From NCBI GenBank assembly GCA_041398905.1, contig JAWKTV010000001.1, positions 582,621 to 646,620 of the forward strand: a DNA stretch of 64,000 nt, written 5' to 3'. The position numbers and the translations under genes are program-made. Source of the stretch: Planctomycetaceae bacterium (GTDB lineage Bacteria; Planctomycetota; Planctomycetia; Planctomycetales; Planctomycetaceae). The notes under the pieces are model-generated. The model was not told where the DNA came from. It did not search any database and worked only from the letters and a program-made list of their open reading frames with translations. Of this stretch, positions 59,399-64,000 are shown piece by piece; within the stretch, counting starts at the first letter, position 1; each line of letters begins with the position of its first letter.

Positions 59399-60639
59399 GG
59401 ATTTCAGCATTATGGCGGTGGCCCTCCCGGGAGTACTCGCCAACCCCCTCCGATCATCGCACGCCGCTGGATGGTGTGCGTGGTCTCGCGATTCTCCTTG
59501 TCTTCCTGTACGACTGCCTCAAGCTGCCGGCGGACGGGATGGTGGCGTTCGCGGTCCGCAAGCTAAGTGGAGCGGGCTGGATGGGTGTCGACCTGTTCTT
59601 CGTGCTGTCGGGTTGCCTCATCACGGGAATCCTGCTGGACACCTGTCGCAAGCCCGGCTTTCTCCGCAGCTTCTTCGCGCGCCGGGCGCTGCGAATTTTT
59701 CCGCTGTATTACCTGGCGCTCTGGGCCGCGTTCATCGCAACTCCGCAGCTCGCCGAGCTGTGGGGCGGCCTGCGTCCAATCGCCGTCCGTGTCGAGACGC
59801 TGACCACCGAGCAAGTCTGGTTCTGGACATATCTGCAGAACTGGAGGTTCGCCTGGAGCGGCGCATGGCCGGACATCAGTTACCTGAATCACTTCTGGTC
59901 GCTGGCGGTCGAGGAGCAGTTCTATCTGTTCTGGCCGTTTGTGGTCGCCGCGTGCTCGCGGAAAGGGCTGGCGCGGGTCTGTTGGGGTTGCGTCATCGTG
60001 GCACTCGGGATTCGCGTTGCGTTGCTCATGAACGGGTTCCCGTCGGTCACACCGTACGTTATCACAATCGCCCGCATGGACAGCCTGTGTCTCGGTGGGC
60101 TGATCGCGTTGGGGCTGCGATCTCCCGACTGGTATCCTCGGCTGGTCCGCTGGGCATGGCCTGCAATGGTTGCGGCGGCCGCGATCGTCGTGGCGGTCGA
60201 TATTGTCTGGCCGGTGTTGCAGTCCGGTTCGTTGGGACAACAGACGATTGGGCACACGTTGCTGGGAGTGATGTTCGGGGCGCTCATCTTCTCGGCGACC
60301 GCCGTGCGTGCAGACCACTGGTTCGGCCGCCTGCTGTCGATGCGCTGGCTCACCCTGCCCGGACAGTACAGCTATGCACTCTACGTGATCCACCGCCCCG
60401 TCCACCGCATCACGATGAAGCTCGACTGGTCGCAGTGGTCGGAGGGAACGCAAGCCGTCGCTGTGTTCGGCACGACATTGCTCGTCTCACTGCTGCTCGC
60501 CGCGCTGTCCTGGAAGTTCTTCGAGCAGCCGCTGCTGTCGTTGAAGCGATACTTCCCCCGACCTGATGCTCCGAGGGAGTCGACCGCCCTCGTGGCTGAC
60601 AACCGCCTCCCTCGCCTGAGTGAGACCGCGCACTCCTGA
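59395..60639 (+). CDS. acyltransferase 3 family membrane O-acyltransferase
   Basis: Its start overlaps the upstream stop (ATGA at 59395-59398). LDGVRGLAILLVFLYD..., GWMGVDLFFVLSGCLITGILL, RRALRIFPLYY and HFWSLAVEEQFYLFWP are hallmark AT3 motifs. About 10 TM helices are present. Confidence 0.9.
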   Translation: MRISALWRWPSREYSPTPSDHRTPLDGVRGLAILLVFLYDCLKLPADGMVAFAVRKLSGAGWMGVDLFFVLSGCLITGILLDTCRKPGFLRSFFARRALRIFPLYYLALWAAFIATPQLAELWGGLRPIAVRVETLTTEQVWFWTYLQNWRFAWSGAWPDISYLNHFWSLAVEEQFYLFWPFVVAACSRKGLARVCWGCVIVALGIRVALLMNGFPSVTPYVITIARMDSLCLGGLIALGLRSPDWYPRLVRWAWPAMVAAAAIVVAVDIVWPVLQSGSLGQQTIGHTLLGVMFGALIFSATAVRADHWFGRLLSMRWLTLPGQYSYALYVIHRPVHRITMKLDWSQWSEGTQAVAVFGTTLLVSLLLAALSWKFFEQPLLSLKRYFPRPDAPRESTALVADNRLPRLSETAHS

Positions 60640-60732
60640 GCGAAGCTCCCCGCCACGAAGCCGCTGACGATTGTCGAGCGTGCAGATGCGGCGCGATTGC
60701 GTGTTGATGCGGGATGCAGACGTTGACTGTCG

Positions 60733-61986
60733 TCACTCAGAGCCGCGTGACACCGTGGGGGCGGGCGCGAACGCCTGCTGATAGATGGCCAGAATGTCGG
60801 CTTCGGTCGGTTCGCGGGGAGTCAACTGCATCAGGCGCTTGATGCCGAAAGCCTTCCGAGCGTACTCAGGCAACTCGGACTCCCGGCCGCCGAGTTCGAG
60901 GATCGACAGCGGGATGCCGACCCTCTCCCGGAGTCGAGCGACGCAGTCGCAGGCCCGCGTCGCGGCCTCGTCAGGGGACAGGCCGCCGACATCCTCGCCC
61001 AGCCATTGGGCGATGCGGGCGAGCTCGGCGGTGCGAACAGGCTGGTTGAACCGCATGACATAAGGCAGCAGCAGGCCATTTCCGCCGCCGTGGGTGCAGT
61101 GCAAGTCGCCGCCTAGCGGGTATTCCATCGCGTGGACCAGAGCGACGCCGCAGTTGGAAAAAGCAATGCCGGCGAGCGTGGCGGCGAGGGCCATGCCGGT
61201 CCGGGCAGTGATGTCATCGGGAGCCTCCACGGCTCGGACGAGATGCTCGCCGACCAGGCGAATGGCCCGCTCCGCGAAGATGTCACCGATCGGATGCTGC
61301 CCTTCGTAGGCGAACAGCTCGCCGGGAGGTATCGCGAGGTCGGTTGAACGGGTGGCGAGGCAGGCCTCAATGGCGTGGGTAAGCGCGTCGATGCCGCTGT
61401 CGGCGGTCACCTGCGGCGGGCAAGTGAGGGTCAACTCGGGGTCGACGACCGCAAGGTCCGGCCTGAGATACGGGCTGAGAGTACTGACCTTGATCTTGTT
61501 GACGTGATCGGTGAGGACGGCGGCATGCGAGACTTCGCTGCCGGTGCCGGCTGTCGTGGGGACCGCGATGAGCGGCAGGACAGGGCCGGGTATGTTGTCG
61601 AAGTGGAAGTAGTCCGCGAACGAGCCGCCGTGAGTCGCCACGACCGCGATGATCTTCGCGAGATCAATGTTTGAGCCGCCACCGAGTCCGAGAATCGCGT
61701 CGGGCTGATAGCGATTCGACGCCTCGATGCCAGCGGTTGCGGCTGCGAAGGATGGCTCCGGCTCGCTGCCGTCAAACACCTCGACATCGAGCTGCGACGC
61801 TTTGAGCGCATCAGCGACTCGACTCGTAAGGCCCAGTCGAGTCAGCACCGGGTCGGAGACGATCAGCACCTTGCTCACCGCGAGGCGATTGACAGCCGGC
61901 CCGAGTTCGCCCGTGGCTCCGCAGCCGAACAGCAGACGGCCCGCAGTCGAAAAGTTCCAGGTGGTGCGTGCGATCGGCGTCGGCAT
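60733..61986 (-). CDS. iron-containing (group III) alcohol dehydrogenase
   Basis: GLGGGSNIDLAK, VPTTAGTGSEVS and later ALTHAIE and VALVHAMEYPLG metal-ligand histidine blocks are present. Confidence 0.9.
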   Translation of the reverse strand: MPTPIARTTWNFSTAGRLLFGCGATGELGPAVNRLAVSKVLIVSDPVLTRLGLTSRVADALKASQLDVEVFDGSEPEPSFAAATAGIEASNRYQPDAILGLGGGSNIDLAKIIAVVATHGGSFADYFHFDNIPGPVLPLIAVPTTAGTGSEVSHAAVLTDHVNKIKVSTLSPYLRPDLAVVDPELTLTCPPQVTADSGIDALTHAIEACLATRSTDLAIPPGELFAYEGQHPIGDIFAERAIRLVGEHLVRAVEAPDDITARTGMALAATLAGIAFSNCGVALVHAMEYPLGGDLHCTHGGGNGLLLPYVMRFNQPVRTAELARIAQWLGEDVGGLSPDEAATRACDCVARLRERVGIPLSILELGGRESELPEYARKAFGIKRLMQLTPREPTEADILAIYQQAFAPAPTVSRGSE

Positions 61987-62084
61987 TGGTGCGGTTTGGA
62001 CAGACTTGGTCTCGGTGGGCAGCGTCGCCCCAGTACAACAATCCAGGAACTGCTGCCTCTCGGATCACATGCCGGCCAGACCGT

Positions 62085-62909
62085 TCATGACGCGGCGCCG
62101 TCTTCGGCCGCCGCTCGGTCGGCCGCATCGACCGCCATGCGGTGTTCCGAGGGAAGGTAGTACCCGTTGACCCAGCCCATCGGCAGGGTCGCGCCGGTGA
62201 TCCAGCGGGCTTCCTGCGAGGCGAGGAACGCCACGGCGGCCGCCACGTCTTGCGGATGACCGATTCCCAACGGATGCGTCGCCAGTGACTGATCCCGCTC
62301 AGCGACGCTCATCTGCATGATGTACCTATGGACCATCGGGGTATGGACCATCGCCGGGGCGATGCAGACGGCGCGTTGCTTCTTCGGTGCGATCTCCATC
62401 GCCAGGGACTGCGTCATGCCGATCATGCCCGCCTTGCTGGCGCTGTACGCGGAGAACGCCGCGCAGCCGGCAAGCCCGAGGACGGAGGCGATATTGACAA
62501 TCACACCCCCGTCCGTGGAAAGGTGCGGCAGCACCTCCCGGGTCAGCCGCATCGCCCCGGTCAGGTTGACGTCCAGCGTGCGGGACCAGGCTTCGTCTGC
62601 GATGTCTTCGAACTTCTCGGCCGTCTCGATGCCGGCGTTGTTCACGAGGACATCGACCCGGCCGTAGCGGGCGATGACCTGCTCGACCGCGGAGCGAACC
62701 GATGGCTGTGCGCAGACATCGCATTCGATTGCGAGATGGTCGACCTCACGGCGTTTGAGCCATCGCAGCAGCTTCTCCGGGGGCTGGCCGTAGTACAGCG
62801 GTACCACGCTCGCCCCCTCGTCCGACAGACGCTCGACGATCGCCCCACCAATCCCCCGGTCGCTCACGCCGGACACGACGACGACGGACTCATGAAAACG
62901 ACTGGTCAC
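62085..62909 (-). CDS. SDR family oxidoreductase
   Basis: The GTG at 62909 gives (M)TSRFHESVVVVSGVSDRGIGGAI, a TGxxxGIG-type motif about 10 aa from the start; the alternative is the ATG at 62990. NNAG is present, as is the catalytic YSASKAG (YxxxK). The upstream part of the 356-aa ORF is not protein-like. Confidence 0.85.
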   Translation of the reverse strand: MTSRFHESVVVVSGVSDRGIGGAIVERLSDEGASVVPLYYGQPPEKLLRWLKRREVDHLAIECDVCAQPSVRSAVEQVIARYGRVDVLVNNAGIETAEKFEDIADEAWSRTLDVNLTGAMRLTREVLPHLSTDGGVIVNIASVLGLAGCAAFSAYSASKAGMIGMTQSLAMEIAPKKQRAVCIAPAMVHTPMVHRYIMQMSVAERDQSLATHPLGIGHPQDVAAAVAFLASQEARWITGATLPMGWVNGYYLPSEHRMAVDAADRAAAEDGAAS

Positions 62910-63322
62910 GCGAACTGCCTGAACTGATGAAGGATGTCGAGGTGACCGCCCGTGCGTCGGCCCTTCTCGGAAGTCTACCTGTTTGGGCATTCTGCGCTCT
63001 GTTCGTCGCTGCCGCAACGCGGAATCGACCTTCTCGCCCTGAGTTCGATGCCGAGCATGACGGCTCGCACGATTGCAGATACTGGCGAACCGACTCCGCC
63101 CCGCCTGCGGAAGAGCACGGGCCACTCCAACCGCTACGACCGTTCGCTTCGTCACTGCTTACCTGACTGAAACGGGATTCCAACGGCCGCAGAGGTTGCA
63201 CTGCATCATTCTGACCTAGTTTTCAGAAGGAAATTCCGTGGACAGGCGAGCGTGCGGGCTTCACAGCCCCCGCCTGTCCACGACCAAGCCACGTTCGTCC
63301 GAACGATCCTGCCGAACATTCC

Positions 63323-63727
63323 ATGCGACGCCTGCGAACAATCAGCGAGACTTCACGCCGCGGCGCCGCGGTGGAGTTCGCGGTCTGTCTGCCGGTCATG
63401 CTGATGATCGTCTTCGGCTCGATCGAAGCCGCGAACGCGATTTACCTGAAGCAGATCGTGACTCAGGCGGCCTACGAGACCGCTCGAGTCGTGACGACGC
63501 CAGGGAACACCGCCGCGGACGCCAGAGCGTTCGGCGAGCACGTGCTCGCGGCCCGCAGCGTCGAGAACGCCACGATCACGATATCTCCCGAGGCGTCATC
63601 GACCACACCATCAGGGCAACTGATGACCATCACCGTGTCGGCTCCAAGCGACTCAAACTTCTACTCACCGTTACAGTACTTCCGTGGTCAGACGATCGAA
63701 AGCCGTGTCGTCATGGTCCGCAATTGA
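63323..63727 (+). CDS. TadE-like pilus assembly protein
   Basis: The RRGAAVEFAVCLPVMLMIVFGSIEAA N-terminus is the TadE/TadG-type pseudopilin-like motif. The product is 134 aa. Confidence 0.8.
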   Translation: MRRLRTISETSRRGAAVEFAVCLPVMLMIVFGSIEAANAIYLKQIVTQAAYETARVVTTPGNTAADARAFGEHVLAARSVENATITISPEASSTTPSGQLMTITVSAPSDSNFYSPLQYFRGQTIESRVVMVRN

Positions 63728-63767
63728 TGGAGCCTTGTCAGGCATTCTGCAGGAAGGGATCGGAACG

Positions 63768-64000
63768 ATGAAACGCCATCACACTTCTCTCGCGACAGTC
63801 ACTGAAGCACGCTCGGGCGCGATCATCCTGCTGGTGGTCGGGTTCCTGGTCGTGCTGCTGGCGATGGCGATGTTCACAGTCGACATCGCCTATATGCAGT
63901 TGACCCGCTCGGAGCTGCGAGCCAGCAGCGACGCAGCCGCCAAGGCGGGGGCCGAGGCCCTGCGTCGCACCAAGAGTGAATCCGCCGCTCGGCAGGCGGC
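63768..64000 (+). CDS. TadG/Tad-domain pilus assembly protein (3' end outside window)
   Basis: AGGAAGGGA lies upstream of the ATG at 63768. ARSGAIILLVVGFLVVLLAMAMFTVDIAYMQLTRSELRASSDAAAKAGA is typical of the putative Flp pilus-assembly TadG N-terminus. The frame is open to the window edge. Confidence 0.68.
   Translation, partial: MKRHHTSLATVTEARSGAIILLVVGFLVVLLAMAMFTVDIAYMQLTRSELRASSDAAAKAGAEALRRTKSESAARQA

Noticed and set aside
1-64000. Search for mobile elements, integrases, toxin-antitoxin pairs, restriction-modification or known defence modules, and for tRNA or rRNA genes.
   Set aside because: No ORF showed transposase (DDE), recombinase (tyrosine or serine), nuclease-methylase or Cas-type motifs. 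No terminal inverted repeats or cloverleaf-compatible sequences were seen. The window reads as core chromosome.

Overview
GC-rich bacterial chromosomal segment (GC not computed, by eye low to mid 60s %). It is almost certainly Planctomycetota: it carries a DUF1559 protein with a prepilin-type N-terminus, a giant PVC-type CxxCH heme-binding protein, a BBP7-like barrel protein, three sigma/anti-sigma-type regulators and zinc-ribbon-headed membrane proteins. I support about 48 protein-coding genes, densely packed on both strands. They mix housekeeping genes (glyQS, ispG, pyk, trxA, surE, galT) with lineage-typical secreted and envelope proteins. I found no rRNA, tRNA, CRISPR array, transposase, integrase, or recognisable phage or defence module. 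The strongest direct observation is technical or evolutionary. Between about 3.3 kb and 27.1 kb, nine genes, including essential glyQS, are broken by about 20 tightly clustered single-base (occasionally 2-nt) indels in short G/C runs. Neighbouring genes and the whole 27.2-64 kb stretch read open. This looks like local assembly or consensus error rather than true decay, but it needs reads to settle. I cannot demonstrate any clearly novel multi-gene system from sequence alone. The best candidates for follow-up are: (i) a divergent AAA+ ATPase / MoaD-ThiS-like GG-terminated beta-grasp / six-Asp-box propeller cluster; (ii) an ECF sigma factor upstream of a 921-aa roughly 20-plus-TM protein with an N-terminal zinc ribbon; (iii) an ABC ATPase with no permease, paired with a 789-aa GldG-like membrane protein; (iv) a secreted five-EF-hand protein whose peptide repeats are perfectly conserved while their codons have diverged. 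All family names come from motif recognition by eye and memory, not from database searches.
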